A program made the translations under genes and the position numbers. A stretch of DNA of 64,000 nucleotides. Source: Eledone cirrhosa (Eukaryota). Positions 1 through 14,009 of the stretch are shown one piece after another. Under the pieces are notes generated by a model. The model was not told where the DNA came from. It was given only the letters and a program-made list of their open reading frames with translations, and ran no database searches. Where the stretch lies: positions 264,554,001 to 264,618,000 of the forward strand of contig OZ024740.1 of assembly GCA_964016885.1 (NCBI GenBank). The letters are read 5' to 3'. Within the stretch, counting starts at the first letter, position 1. Each line of letters begins with the position of its first letter.

Positions 1-2463
1 ACGCTCCAGCGCAGTCAGGCGGGGCTTAGGACAAGGTACGACGGTCAGGCGGTAGTAGATGACGGACGCGATGTACGCGTTAGCCACCTCCGCTCGACCT
101 TTCAGGGATAGCTTCCTCTCGGCCCATTTCTGGGTGAGAGAAGCCACCCTGCTCGTCACCTCGTCCCATTTTTTGTCCGTCTGGAGGTCTGGACCGAACC
201 AGACCTCTAGCAATTTAACCGATCCGTCCCTTCAGCGCCCGACGACGCTGTTGGACGGGATGGACCTGCCTCTCCAGGTGCGGAGCTGCAGGCCCACTGA
301 TTTTTCCTGGTTGATCATTGCTCCTGTCACCGCTTCGTATTCTCTTCGTTCCGTGCCGATCGCCTCGATGTGTTTGGCGTTCGACACCACTACGGTGACA
401 TCGTCCGCATATGCTGACACGGATCTTCCGCATCCTAGTTCGCGCGGGACCCCCCTCAACGTCTCCAGTTTGTGCAGTAATGACTCGAGAGTCAATACGT
501 ACAATTGGGACGAGAGGGGACATCCTTGGCGGACCGAGCGCATGATGTTGAACGGTTCCGAAAGGTGACCGTTCACTCTCACTGCAGAGCAGATGTCGCT
601 GTGCATGGCAACGATCCAGCCTCTGAAGACGGGCCCAAAGCCAGCCGCCCTCAGGACTGCCGCTAGTTAACAGTGGTCGACCCTATCGAAGGCTTTCGAC
701 TGATCTAAATTGATCAAAGACCCACCCGTGCCAGGTTCCCTAGCTACCCTTTCTACGATGTATCGCATGAGGTGGAGGTTGTCGTGGATGGATCTGTCGG
801 GAATGGCGCATGTCTGCGCCTCTCCCACCAGAACACCAACGACAAGCGCCCACCTCTTTGCTAGCACCTTGGCCAAAATCTGGAACTCTGTGTTTAGCAG
901 AGTTATGGGCCTAAAATTATATATGTTATCCCCCTTGTTCGGATCCTTTCTCAGCAGCACCAACGCTCCTCGGCTCACAGAGCTGGGAATTCTCCCGTTC
1001 TGTTGCCAGTTGCAGTAGACGTCCGCCAAGAGGCCTCCGAACAAGTCTGGCATTTGTAAGTAAAGTTCAGAGGGCAGACCATCCAAACCAGGCGATTTAC
1101 CCCTTGTGCAGCTAGTCATTTCCTCCCGTACTTCAGCGGCTATTATCGGCTTTTCGCAACACTCCGCCTCAGTGGTCGAGTGCCGCGGCAGTCCGTCGAG
1201 GTAGACACTAAAGTCCATCCCTCGATCCGGCCCGCCACTGCCCCCGAACATTTGAGTGAAGTGTCGCTGAGAAGCTTCACACGTTTGCCCGGGATCGAGT
1301 AGCATGCGCCCGTCGTTGTCCACCAAAGACCGCATCGTGGCTTTGTTGCCACGACGCGCCTCCGCCACTCGGGCCCATTGAACGGCTTTCGTCCCCTCGT
1401 GTCTGAGAGCACGCACCCTAGCTCTGACAACGCAGCCTTCGTGCTTTGCATTGAAAAATTGGTCAAGAGCCAATTTCGCCGCAAGTACGTCGGTTGCGAT
1501 GCCTTTGCAAAGCGCCTCATCTAATTTTCTAACTAATTCTCCCTCTGCTCTATTTTTCTCTATTGCTAAAGTCTTACTAAACCTAATGGAGTCTATTCTA
1601 ATTGCTCTTTTCAGAGCAAACCACCACTTGTTGTTGACGATGGCCCCCGTCAACGCCCGCTTAACTAGTTCGCTAATCCGGTCTCTTTTGGCCTTGCGCG
1701 CTGGTTAGGACGCGTTTAGCTTCCAGTAGCCGGGTCCTCGTCTATGAAGCCTATCTAAGTCAAGCACACAGATCACGAATTTGTGGTCCGTGTAGCTGAC
1801 TATCTTGAATTGTGGACAGCCTATGCTAGACTTATCTATTTCCTTACAAAATACTCTATCTAGATATGATCTGGATGAGCCTATGCGATTTGTCCAAGTC
1901 CACATTGGTACATTTGGGAAATCCAATCGGTACTTGTCAGACAGTTCAAAACGCCTGAGCAGGTTGGTGAGACTCTTGCACCCTCCTTCCCTATCCGCTA
2001 ATCCCACACAATCCCAGCGTGCATCTAAGATCCCGTTCCAGTCGCCCACTAACTCTAAAGAGCGGGACGTTCCAAGAAAGGTCTCTAGACGCCGGAAGAA
2101 ATCAGGCCGCCCTGCTCCTGTCGGGGCATAGACGGCCACTAACCTGAAATCTTGCCCGTCTCCGCTGGTCACGTCCAGCACCACCAACTTACCTTCTGTG
2201 TCCAGGAAGATGGCCCGTATGGCAAGACCCAAACCTCTCCCTAAAAGCACAGCAACTCCTCCCCCCGATCCTGGACGGCTGGGAGACGCGTACACATCGT
2301 AGCCGCCGAAGATCGGTGTGAAGGCCCGTGCTTCGAAGATTCTGGTCTCGCTGATGGCCACTACATCTATGTTTAGTGACCTGAGGTCGTTGAGCAGGTG
2401 GCCCTGCTTCCATGACGACCCCAAGCCACGCGCATTTATGCTTCCTATTCTGAGTGAGATCAT
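1..2463 (-). pseudogene. ORF2 (AP endonuclease + reverse transcriptase) with in-frame stops
   Basis: ORFs 1705-2463, 667-1653 and 232-606 share one frame, broken by stops at 1705, 667 and 232. Motifs: SINARGL, ISET, VYAP, GDWN, YLDR, TDH, WKLN, KSPGLDG, FRPITLLN, DQSKAFDRVDH, RQGCPLS, YADD. Confidence 0.93.
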
Positions 2464-2984
2464 GTTGAAAAGGAGTGGAAAAGATGGGAAAGACCACTTA
2501 CCTTACTTCTTGTAGAGGAAGGACGGTTTTTCCATCCTTTTCACTGCTTGTGGCCTCACCAGGAAGGATGTCCTTATAAATCCTCCTAGTGAGTGCTTGT
2601 CGGCAGTCTCCGATGTCTTTGGGGAATTTTTGTTTTAGTGTCATGTACGTTTTCTGTGTGATGCGAGTGATTTATATGTGTGGAGGTGGTGTTAATTTTT
2701 GGGTTGTTGTGTAGTCTTTTTCTGTGATGCTGGTGTTGTGTTGGATGTATGTAATAATTGTTTGTTGTTCAAATTTAATGCTGTGTAGTGTGAATCGTTG
2801 GTTGTTTTGTTTTGTTTGCGTTTGTTGTGGGTTTGTTTCTGTTTCGCATTTTGGTGACTTTTGTGGTGTAGGTGATGGTGGTGTTGGGGTTAATGATGGT
2901 GATGGTGTTGGTGTTTGGGGTGATGGGGTTGGTGATGCTGGTGTGGATGGTGGCATATCTGTCCTAACTTTTTTGTTTGTTAAT

Positions 2985-4487
2985 TTATTTGTTTCCCTCT
3001 GTATTTTGTTTTTGGAGGGGGAAGGAAGATAATTTTTTTTCTTTTTTGGTTTCTTTTTTTTTTCCTGATACCGTTTCACACTCCTTGTCGTCACAATCTG
3101 TCTCCAGTTGTGATAGGCCGGGGAGTTGAAAATCCTCCACAGGTGTTAGTTTTGGTTGTGGCGTGGTGGATGGTGTAGGCGCTGGTGCTAGTTCTGAAGC
3201 GTTGGGTGGTGGTGGTGTTGGTTTTGCTGGTGGTGGTGGTGTTGGTTTTGCTACTGTTGCTGGGGTTGTTGCTGTTATAGTTGCTTCTGTTGTTGCTGCT
3301 ACAGTTGTTGCTGCCATATCTGCTACTGGTGGTGTTGTTGGTTGAGTCACTGGGGTGGGTAGGAGAGGTGGCCTCAACCTTTTAGCCTGAGGGAAGAAAG
3401 CCCTTAGGTGGGTTACTTCTCCACAAATGACACACCTAGGCCTTCTGCCCTCGACAATTACGATGAGGTGGCTGCCGTCAGTGAGGTCTATTACCTCTGG
3501 GATCTCCTCAATGCTTTTTTGGTCCACTTGGATCAGGATCTCCATCCCAGATCCGGACCAGTTCTCCTGCTTTTCTTTTGCTATTGCTATTATCTTTGTG
3601 TTGACTTCGATGCCGGCGAGGACGGCCGCTATTAGCCAGGGAATTTCGATGGCCGGTGGAACGTGGGTCACCCTGATTTTTACGAGACTCTGGCCACAAT
3701 AGCTTGGGACGAGTGTGAAGTCGTCACTTCTTAATGGGGCTATGGAGTGTTCTCTAGCCTCCTCTGGTGTTTCAAAGAACACGTCCACGGTTCCATACTT
3801 CTGCCCACGTCTGATATGGGTTTTTCTTGCCCACACATGTCCCAAAGCATTTGGGATTTGGGACTCGGATGCCTGTTCCACTCGGCGCGATTTTACATAT
3901 ATTGTTCGATACGACACGGTGCATAGGCGCCGATGCTCCATTTTATTAGGTGTGTGTGGGGGGGGGAGACTGACCCTGTACCCATCTTTCTTTACCATTT
4001 TGGGGGCATTTTCTAATTCCTCCTGAGTTACCGTAAATGCTTCACACTGTTTTGCTACTCTGGCAAAACTCAGGGTGTTTTTTTTAATGTCGTTGTTGCT
4101 ATCGTTATGTTTGTTATTATTAATTTTAGTTTCAGTTGTGGTGGTGGTGACGTCAGTGGAGTTCGGTTTGGAAGAGTCCATTTTGGTTGAAAATATTTCG
4201 ACATCACGAGTTGACTTATTTTTACCTTTTGTTTCTGTTGTCGCGGTGGTAGTGGGGGTGGTGATTGTCGCGGTGGTGGTGGTGGTGGTGGTGGTGGCGG
4301 CTTTAACACCTGAAGTCGTTGGTAATGGCGGGAAATGAATATCTGCCTGAGACAAATTTAAAATATTGCTAGTGCTTAAATTGTTTGTGTTGGAAAACGT
4401 AGTATCATTTACAATGGTGGTGTCGGTGTGAGGTGTTAATTTGTGAGGAAGGCTATCAACTGCTTGGTGCAGAGGTGAATTAGCCAT
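2985..4487 (-). CDS. ORF1 (gag-like nucleic-acid-binding protein) of the Tx1-like LINE
   Basis: 500-aa ORF upstream of APE-RT with T/P-rich low-complexity ends and a zinc-knuckle-like VEGRRPRCVICGEVTHLRAFFP. ORF 2672-3094 may be a frameshifted C-terminal continuation. Confidence 0.75.
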   Translation of the reverse strand: MANSPLHQAVDSLPHKLTPHTDTTIVNDTTFSNTNNLSTSNILNLSQADIHFPPLPTTSGVKAATTTTTTTTATITTPTTTATTETKGKNKSTRDVEIFSTKMDSSKPNSTDVTTTTTETKINNNKHNDSNNDIKKNTLSFARVAKQCEAFTVTQEELENAPKMVKKDGYRVSLPPPHTPNKMEHRRLCTVSYRTIYVKSRRVEQASESQIPNALGHVWARKTHIRRGQKYGTVDVFFETPEEAREHSIAPLRSDDFTLVPSYCGQSLVKIRVTHVPPAIEIPWLIAAVLAGIEVNTKIIAIAKEKQENWSGSGMEILIQVDQKSIEEIPEVIDLTDGSHLIVIVEGRRPRCVICGEVTHLRAFFPQAKRLRPPLLPTPVTQPTTPPVADMAATTVAATTEATITATTPATVAKPTPPPPAKPTPPPPNASELAPAPTPSTTPQPKLTPVEDFQLPGLSQLETDCDDKECETVSGKKKETKKEKKLSSFPLQKQNTEGNK

Positions 4488-4856
4488 TTAATTTTCAAAG
4501 AAATTTTTTGATAATCATAAAAGTTTAAATTTTGGGCACAAGGCCCCAATCTTTTGGGTGTCATTTTCGGAAAACAATGTATGTGCGCTTATATATAGTT
4601 AACAATAAAAATTTTCCATAAATGGCAATTTTTAACAAACAGAAATAACAAACCTTTGCGGAGCTCACGATGATACGATTTACTACGTAGGTCGCCAAAA
4701 ATAATAATAATAATAATAATAATATATGTAGAAATAAACACAGATAGTTCTGTGTCTAAAATTACGAGGGTAGATATACCACAAATGTTTTATATATTAA
4801 ATCTGAATCATACAGTGAGATATATAACTTATACAGACCGTATCAATAACTATTTC

Positions 4857-4946
4857 ATCTCACGGACAGATTAGAGATTTAATCTGTTTCGTCCTGAAAA
4901 TTGTGTTTGGAACAGATAATCCGTAGGCTTTTCGTCAGCAAGAGAT
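4857..4946 (-). ncRNA. Type I hammerhead ribozyme motif
   Basis: Minus strand: AUCUCUUG-CUGACGA-helix II region-GAAA-CAGAUUA aaucuc UAAUCUG-UC-CGUGAGAU. Helix III is a perfect 8 bp, helix I pairs 7/8, triplet GUC. The base of helix II is imperfect. Confidence 0.7.
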
Positions 4947-5601
4947 TAGATCAAATGAAACAAAACACATCGAACAAGAACTCACAGCCGTAAAATACAC
5001 CTCGTGTGTTGTAAGCTATACGTGGTGTTAGTGTTTGTGCTATAAATAATAGCCTTATTACACTCAACCTTTAAGCTCACCTAGATAGTGAGCCGAAATA
5101 CAAATAAAATACATCTATAATTATGTAATGCTCACTGTTTATACTTTGAGCTTGTTAATTGCAGGGTATCAATATGAGTTAATAACTCTGTATTTTATTT
5201 GTATATATACATACTACTGTACGTCTGTACACATATTTGTATGTACGTATGCATACTTATATTTAGGTATGAGCCGTACTAAGAGTGAGAAATGAAAATT
5301 CGTTTCATTATTTTACATTTATCGTTTACGGTACGCCCGGCCGACTAACTCATTCGATATGCAAATTAGGCTGCTCAGCGGTTAATATGCATAAGGAAAG
5401 TATATACTTTCAAACGTTCAATCATATGACAGAAAGGTATACGATGCTGACGATAGCTAATAAGATTGAAACTAGTACATCGTTCATGTGTGAGTGTTGA
5501 ACAAAAGGGCGACGATGGTGGCCGGGCACTGTACGGCGTAATTCGGGCTATTTCTTTACAAACAAACCGAACATTATAATAAATGTTCGGTACACCGATA
5601 C

Positions 5602-5652
<51 letters not shown>

Positions 5653-5712
5653 TGTATATATATATACATACTACTGTACGTCTGTACACATATATGTATG
5701 AACGTATACATT

Positions 5713-5755
<43 letters not shown>

Positions 5756-6586
5756 TTCAGTTACCGAGGCGATAGTACAAAAATTTACCATCGTTCGATG
5801 GCCCAATAAGAAAATATTTACGTCTAGCAACTGTCGACCATTCTCAGATTGCTTACATAGTGTATACTCGTAATAGAGTTGTTGCACGTTAAATTGTTCC
5901 GGACCCATCTATAATATATATATATAGACATATATATATATATATATAGTTTGAATTAACGTATGTTTAAAAGTAGTACATATGCTGCCCATCATTTGTT
6001 CCTACCATTAAGCCAGTCCAAAGTCGATTCTGATTGAACTGATACCCGTCCCGTAAAGTGCATCTAACACTACATTATATCGTTCCTTTTTCATATTAAA
6101 TCAGTTAAAAAGAATATTCGACTTGTATGTTCAGAATATAGCGCAATTAAGTTAAAGAGTATTCTCTATGCTATCTCATTAGTATTTACTCGGTTGAAAG
6201 GTTGATTGTTTGTCCAAAATACTCTCAGTAACCAAATCAGGTTTATTTTCCAACATATTATCTGGAAAGAAACAATGCAGTTATTAATAAAAAGATTTGA
6301 AATTAATGCATACAGGATTTCACAGCTCCAGCATCACTTCATTCTATTCAGTCTATTAATTTGTCTCTGTACACGCACATCCGACTATTCATTTTCCCCT
6401 ATCCTTGGTTGTGTTTCTGTCTGTCTCTCTCACGTCTTTGAGCAGAAATATATGTAATATTCTGTCAGGGCTAAATCCAGATTTCCCAGTAGAAGGATAT
6501 ATTAAGAATAATTTCGATACAATATGATTAATATTATCATTATATATATATACATGTGAGTGTTCATATATATATATATATATAAA

Positions 6587-6618
<32 letters not shown>

Positions 6619-8065
6619 TGATACACGTATTTGCATATTTATTAATTAAATCTTTAGATGTTTCCCCTGCAGTGTAAGAATGTATAATATAATGCATAAT
6701 AATCTCGATTCTGTTTATTTATAACTCTTCATAAGTTTAAGTTTATGATATTTTCTATGTTAGTCATAAGAGATACGCTAGCCGTGAGGTTTGCAACCAC
6801 TAACTTCACATACAAAATATTTTCTTCTATTTTTTTTTCTATAGAGACCTACACCATATTTACTGTCTACCACACCTGTTGATTATTACAATAGAATCAA
6901 GTGAAGCTAAACATCACCATTGGCAATGATTATCTTGACGTTCTAGCATCGTGGAATCTAACATTATTTAAAATGTATAACTCGCTAGCCTGATAACTGA
7001 AACACAAACGAAAACAAAAATAAATTAGTAAATGACCGAATGAGCAACATCTATGCGGTTGCTCTACTTTCAGGTTATAGCTGAATCCACGTTCCGTAAA
7101 ATACTTTGCCTTTAATAAAGGAAGGTTATATTAGACAATGTTGTTCTTGTCTTGTTGCAAGTTCGCGAGGTTAGGTATGACATATGATTTAAAACAGTAG
7201 CAACAATATCGATATTCATAATGTGACGTGAAGAATTTATAGCTGGCCCAATCATTTCGTCCTTTAATCAAATGAAAGGTAATTACACTGATTGTATAAC
7301 TAAAATCCATTTTCCTGGAGATTATTTATTCTTTCTTAAAATCAAGGAATTTACAATTAACCTTTTAGCATTTAAATCGGCCATCTCCGGCCAGTATTCT
7401 CTCACTACTTTCTGTTCAAAGCAGTCTTAACCGGCTGCTCATACCAAGGTTAAGGTATTGTACTCAAAAGAAATAATATCAAAATCTCGTAGATTCGATA
7501 TAATGTGAGATAATTTTGTGAAATAAAATCTTTTCTGTGAAAATACAATAGAAAATATAGAATAATGTGAATAGTAACTGGTTAAGATATTCTAAAGGAT
7601 TTCCATTTGGATATCCTTATACAGTTAGTAGCGGAATTTAAGACATAGCTTTATATGGCATCGAATATTATATTTACATCTATTTTCAACGAAATTCACC
7701 TTGATAGTTCTTCCAAAGTAATGTTTACCTACTGTCAATTTTTAAACCAGCCAGCATTTCACCAAAAGAGAGCATTGAAGATGGAGAGACAGTCCGGTAA
7801 TAACCGAATTTGTTTATAATGTTTTCTTATTTATTTAAGTAACAAAGTCTGAATCTTTTAATGCGCTTAAATATATCTATATACACATTACGCAATTTAG
7901 ACATATTTGAGAAACAGATATATAAACGTAATATGTTATGATATAAGTATCGATACATTAGACTTAAACACCCAACAGTCCTATAGTAAAATAATCTTTA
8001 ATAACAAAGAAATTATATTTTATGTCTCGGAAGGTAAATTCGATTGTAAGGTTTAGCTTTCCACT

Positions 8066-8256
8066 TAATAATTGTTTCTACTTTTGGCACAAGGCCAGCA
8101 ATTACCCAGTGTGTTACTGGTACTTTATTTTATCGACCACGTAAGGATGAAAGGCAAAGTTAACCTCGGTGGGATTTGAACTCAGATCATAAAGGGACGT
8201 AACTCTATGCTTCAAAGCATGGTGTCCGACTCTCTACCGATACTGCCAATCCACCG
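8066..8256 (-). mobile_element. tRNA-derived SINE (family A)
   Basis: Minus strand has A-box-like TGGCAGTATCGG, a B-box-like G.TTCAAATCC, central TTGCCTTTCATCCTTACG.GGTCGATAAAATAAAGTACCAG and an (ATT) tail. Homologous copies occur elsewhere in the window. Confidence 0.85.
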
Positions 8257-10010
8257 TTATAATAATAACAATAATTATAACAATAATAACACATAATGAA
8301 TAGAATTCTTGTTCGTTTTAATTAATTCCATTTTGATATAGTAGAAAATGTGATTCTTGCATGTCTGGTTTTCATATCATGATGGATTCTACATATAAAT
8401 GAAATTATGTTTTGAATAAAATTGGCTTGTTTTCTGTAGAATTCAAACGGCTAAAAATGGGAAGGGGTAGATATGATTAGTTTCTATTGCAAGTAATGTT
8501 TCCCCGCTATTGTAAAATAAAGCTAACAAATTTAGCATCGATTTGGCTTTTAATAAAATAAATCATTAAACCTTGGATATTCTAATCTATTAAAACTAAT
8601 TGAACTTAATTTCAAAATTTATTTTATCAAATCTCAAAATCACGCTACGTAAATTCTTTCAGAATTTATTATAAATTCTTTAACTATTTATGAAAAATAT
8701 CACTTATAATATAGTACTGAGCTGGTGATGAGATGGAAATGCGTTTAGTTATATTATACTAGGCATGATTGATAGTTCAATACAAGTCTGTTTTCATGTT
8801 TCATGATATAAGATTAAAAAGAAATGATACATGTATAGATAACCATATCATAAGTAAAAATTCAAGTGGAATTTAAATCTTATAAACAAAAATACAACAG
8901 AATATAAGCTTGCAGATTTAGCTTCGTATCATTGGTATAATTATTTAATTTTACTTATGTTTATGAATAGATCTGAACCTGACAACATATACGTTTCTTG
9001 TTGTGTTTTCGAATTTAAAAAGCACTAAATGTCCTTAGGCTTCACTCTGAAGAGTAAATGCGAATGGAAACCACTCCTCTCACCATATATTGAGTTGTTT
9101 AATGACTGTCACTAAGAAAATAACCAAAATCAGAAAATTATCAATCTATAGATCATTTGAAACATTACTGTATTTTGGAAATTTTATATGCTAAGCCCAA
9201 ATACCAGAATATAAATCTGAAAACCTCTTACGTATCAGCCTATTCTGAAATGTATATATTTTTTCTCGTGCTTTAAAGTAACTTGAGAACAAACAACCCA
9301 ATTTATAAAGTTCTACAAAAGCATATGTACTATTGAATATATGCTTGAAGTCATAACAGAAAATGTCAACTGTTTAAAATTTTCATTTTGCTTTCCCGTT
9401 GAGAGAAAATAGAAATTTCACCTCTAGCTGAATATAAAAACCATCTTAACTTATAGGCTATGCAATAGAAATGCTTTGAAAAAGTAAAATTGACATCATC
9501 TTCCACTACATACGTGACATGTTTCAAGTATTTCTAACAAACAAATAGAAAAAATATAATAAACTAAATACACGAGAAGAAAAATTCGATTTTAAAATTT
9601 ATAAAATCGGAAAATAAAGTTTGAAGGAGAATGTCTATCTTTCAAATGCAGTAATTTTCTATTTATTTTAAATTAAAATTTATTTAAAGCATAACTATTA
9701 CACCGTATCGTGCAGTGATTTGAGATTAGAAAAAGATATATACGAATTCATTCGTATAATAAATGTCCACAAGTAATATATTTGGTATCAACTTCTTAGA
9801 ATATTGATTCAATTTCACTAAACATAGGTCAATGTTTGTGTGTAAATTCGTGTATTAACATTAATATGTGCCTACTCCTTATTTTGGAATGTGAAACACT
9901 AATGGGACCACTAAACCCCATTCAATCCCAATTCTCTCTCAATATATATAGACGTTGTATATGTATAGTTATATATTTAAATATACCGTGAACAACACTC
10001 TGTTAATAGA

Positions 10011-10217
10011 TATTGGTTTCTGAATTATACACAAGGCCAACAATTTGGTGAAGGCAAAATTCGATTAAATCAATCTCCGTGCATTACCGGTACTTTATTT
10101 TATCGACCCTGTAAGGAGTAACCTCGGCGGGATGAGACCTCAGCTTGTAAAGGAACGTAGCACTATGCCATAATGCATGGTATCGGAACCTCTACCCATA
10201 CTGTCAATTCACCGCCC
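10011..10217 (-). mobile_element. tRNA-derived SINE (family A), diverged
   Basis: Shares GGTACTTTATTTTATCGACC and the head region with 8066-8256. Confidence 0.8.
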
Positions 10218-10899
10218 TCTCTATTATTAGATATCAAAATAAAATATCTCTTATAATGACACCAGCCTTTCGACCTGATATTTCATCCACCTGCAATGAC
10301 TTTGTGGAGTGGAAAATGAAATGTGTTTTGTAAAGAAATAACTGATTGTAATTAATAATGAGTTCAGTTTCAAAAGTATGATAAAAACGTTTTTGAAAGC
10401 CATTTATGAAGAAAATGTTTGCCTGCCAGAAACAACAGCACTAACCACAACAATTACTCGATTATATTATTAGTTTAGCGTAACGGATTTCAGAACAACG
10501 TGTCAGTCGTAGTTGAATGTGCGAGGATTTAATTGTTTCTCGGCGTTGTTATGTGAGAAAAGAACTACAATCAGAATGTTAGACTATAGAACATAATTTA
10601 AATTGTAACATGAATAACAAAGGTAAGTCTATTAGTTTCTAACGATAGTGACACCAACAATGCTCATATAAATAATTGCTGTAATTTAAAAGTTGTAGCA
10701 TAGTTTAAGATATAAATTTAGAAGGAAGTGGAGGATTAGGTGTCAATAAGAGAGGGAAAATGTGCGATACCAATAGATCAGTATGAAAATGTGTGTAAGG
10801 TGTGGAATAGTCGGCAAAACCTTTGAAGAAGATATAATTATGGAGAAAATACGGGGCAATGTATAGTTAGGAGGTGAAGTATAATGCACCTTGGATCAG

Positions 10900-12200
10900 A
10901 CATAATACATTGAAAGTTCAAAATAAGAAAATTAGAATATTATATAATAGATTACATTTTATTCGTAATCAAATGAAAATATTATAATGAAACTTGTATA
11001 TAATAGTCTAAATCAGTGTACGTATTAGCTGTCGGATAATTTAATTGTTTTAACATGTGTCTACGTCTTAGAGGTCCTGTGCATGCACGATGAAAGTTTT
11101 TCAGGCTGCTTATTCATAAAGGACAACTGGGTAATGTATATTTCTTGGCTTTAGTTGTACAGAAGTTGCATATCTTTTTATTATGTGACTAAACCTATCC
11201 GCTTTTAAGGAGTGTTCATTTCTTGTAGAATGGTAGGAGGCTATCATTTTGTCCCCAAAAGTAAAACGCATGTGGCATCTGGTTATAGTTCTCGTGGCTT
11301 CAAAAAACATTGGTATGAAAGTTGTGTCTAGGTTTGAAAGGGTTTGCTGTCGTACAAATCTTGCTGTAATGTTTCCACATGTTCCAGTGATACATAATTC
11401 CCTTAGGTAAGCATATTATGTCTACAAGGCATAGATATACGCTTTAACAACCACATTATTCATAAGACGTGTGTTTCTGGTTACAGATGCTGGAAATAAA
11501 AAGCTTCTGTACAAAGTTCCTGATAGTTGAGTAAGAGAATATGATAGGTTTTGTTACATTTTCTATTTTACATATCTTATATTAATAAGCGTCATTTACG
11601 CAGCAGCAGCAGTTTGATAGGCCAAAACTACATTTTGCATGTCATGTAGATCCCAAGTCGTAGATCTCTGCTGAGGTAATCACCTTTAAGCCTACATTGA
11701 ACAGAGTTTTATAATTTGTATACATTCAAATAGATTTGTCATAATACATCAGTTTTACCATGCAAGGTATACATCGGAAATAGTTGCAGATTTCGTAGCA
11801 AAGGTATGCTCTTAAGATTATTGTTTTCTTGTTACATGCCTAGTCATCCTAAATCTTGATGTCTAGCTTAATAGGGACATTTTCTTTATTTTGTATAGAC
11901 TTAATTCATTTAATGAGTGTTCGATATTCTGCCTCAGGGACAGAAAACATATCTATATTATCTTAAATATAATCCTGCCTTAAATGTTCTTATGCTGTTG
12001 ACAGTTAATTCTGTGGGTTTTATTAACCTGCTGTTCTGTTCTACTTTAAAAGGTGACTTATCTAACTTGAAGTTGACGCATGATACCTGTAAAGAGGTTC
12101 AGGTCGGGCATGTACAAATAATTACGGTTGAAATTTCCTCCTTTGTGTCCATGTAATTAAGGTGTTTAAAGTGTTTCATGAGACGTGAGTATGAAATTGT
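10900..12200 (-). mobile_element. Highly decayed Penelope-like RT/GIY-YIG remnant (boundaries approximate)
   Basis: Peptide FGDKMIASYHSTRNEHSLKADRF (ORF 11110-11310) resembles the PLE linker (IxAYRxxxNLxxxL). Other motifs are only faint. Confidence 0.35.
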
Positions 12201-12600
12201 TGAACTAGAGAATCTAATCTAATTTAATCATCAGGAATCACTCATTTCCTACCAGATAATATTCTCTTCTATTCCTTCTCTCTTTTTCTGTCCTTCTCTA
12301 ATCTCTCCCTTTTTAGCTTATCTCCGCCTCTTTATCTTATCTGTCTCTGTGTCTCTCTTTCGACCCCTTTCTCTCTCGCTTCGACCCCTCTTTCTCTCTC
12401 TCTTTCAACCCCCTCTCTCTCTTCGACCCCTCTCTCTTAACCTCTGATACATCCACTCTCTTTGTTCAATTTACATTCCTTACACCACCAGAGTAATACG
12501 CAGCTTTTTGAGCAACCAACCGAGAGTCCTAAAATTTGTTATTATCTATATCTATCATATATATATATATATATATATGACTTTGAGTATATATAAAATA

Positions 12601-13145
<545 letters not shown>

Positions 13146-13469
13146 TTTATACATACGCGCGCGCGTGCGTGCCTGCGTGCGCGTGTGTGTAGGGGGGGAG
13201 GTATGTATTTGTGTGTGCGTATGTATGTGTATTTCCGTCGGGGCATACGTATGTACTGGCCTAAATCTTCACTATTTACTTTTACTATTTTAATAACCTC
13301 TGTCATTTTCGTTTTCAATTTTATTTACATCATTCTTAAACTCCGGGGCTGGAAATCATTCTGTTATTTTAAATAGAATACCAGTCTAACGACTCCATTT
13401 ATACCATAAACTTGGTCTTGTCTTTGCATGAAATTGTTCTTCTCGATCCACATAACGACGTATTATCCT

Positions 13470-13632
13470 CGCTTTTTACCGTTCATTACCAGGGAACGTC
13501 TTCACCAACCAAAATATCGTCTTCCTGCTTTCCCTCGGTTGCAACGTTTATCGAAATATTTACTTTTGCGTTCACAGATCAAATTTTGTAGTTTCAGATG
13601 ATCCCGTTAATGTTGAAATTAATCTGTCTTAT
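13470..13632 (+). repeat. PLE terminal-repeat module X (copy with a helix III deletion)
   Basis: Homologous to the reverse complements of 28285-28470 and 48600-48790 (CCAGGGAACG...GGTTGCAACG...TTCACAGAT...TTTCAGA.GATCCCGTTAA). Confidence 0.8.
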
Positions 13633-13929
13633 AACATATAAATATATATAAAGAGAGCGAGCGAGAGAGAGATACTTTGTACAGCTTTTGGAGGAAGGAG
13701 TGACCAGCAGTACGTTGTTCGGTATTATTACGAAAAGGTGTAGCAGAACTAACAGCTCGGGAGGAAACTGCTTACCTCGAAGATTCATTTGCCATCGTTC
13801 TTGTCAACGCTCCGTTTACTTGGTATTTGTTGGTCTACAGTTAGATGAATGTCGCACAAGGAGTAAATGTTTATTTGCAAGACGTTTTTTGAATAATGAA
13901 AGACGGGTTAAAGCGACCTACAATGTATC

Positions 13930-14009
<80 letters not shown>

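Larger units (their letters stand above)
1..4696 (-). mobile_element. Tx1/L1-clade non-LTR retrotransposon, copy 1 (5' end present, 3' end runs off the window)
   Basis: Two-ORF layout: ORF1 2985-4487, then APE-RT ORF2 from 2463 toward position 1. The 5' end has GTGAGCTCCG (4659-4668) and abuts an (AAT)n tract at 4698-4723. Confidence 0.9.

Noticed and set aside
59-4338. Plus-strand ORFs overlapping Tx1 copy 1
   Set aside because: Antisense shadows of GC-rich LINE coding sequence with no recognisable motifs.
4512-4560. GGCCTTGTGCC match between the Tx1 5' UTR and the SINE A 3' end
   Set aside because: Too short to separate shared ancestry or a tiny SINE fragment from chance.
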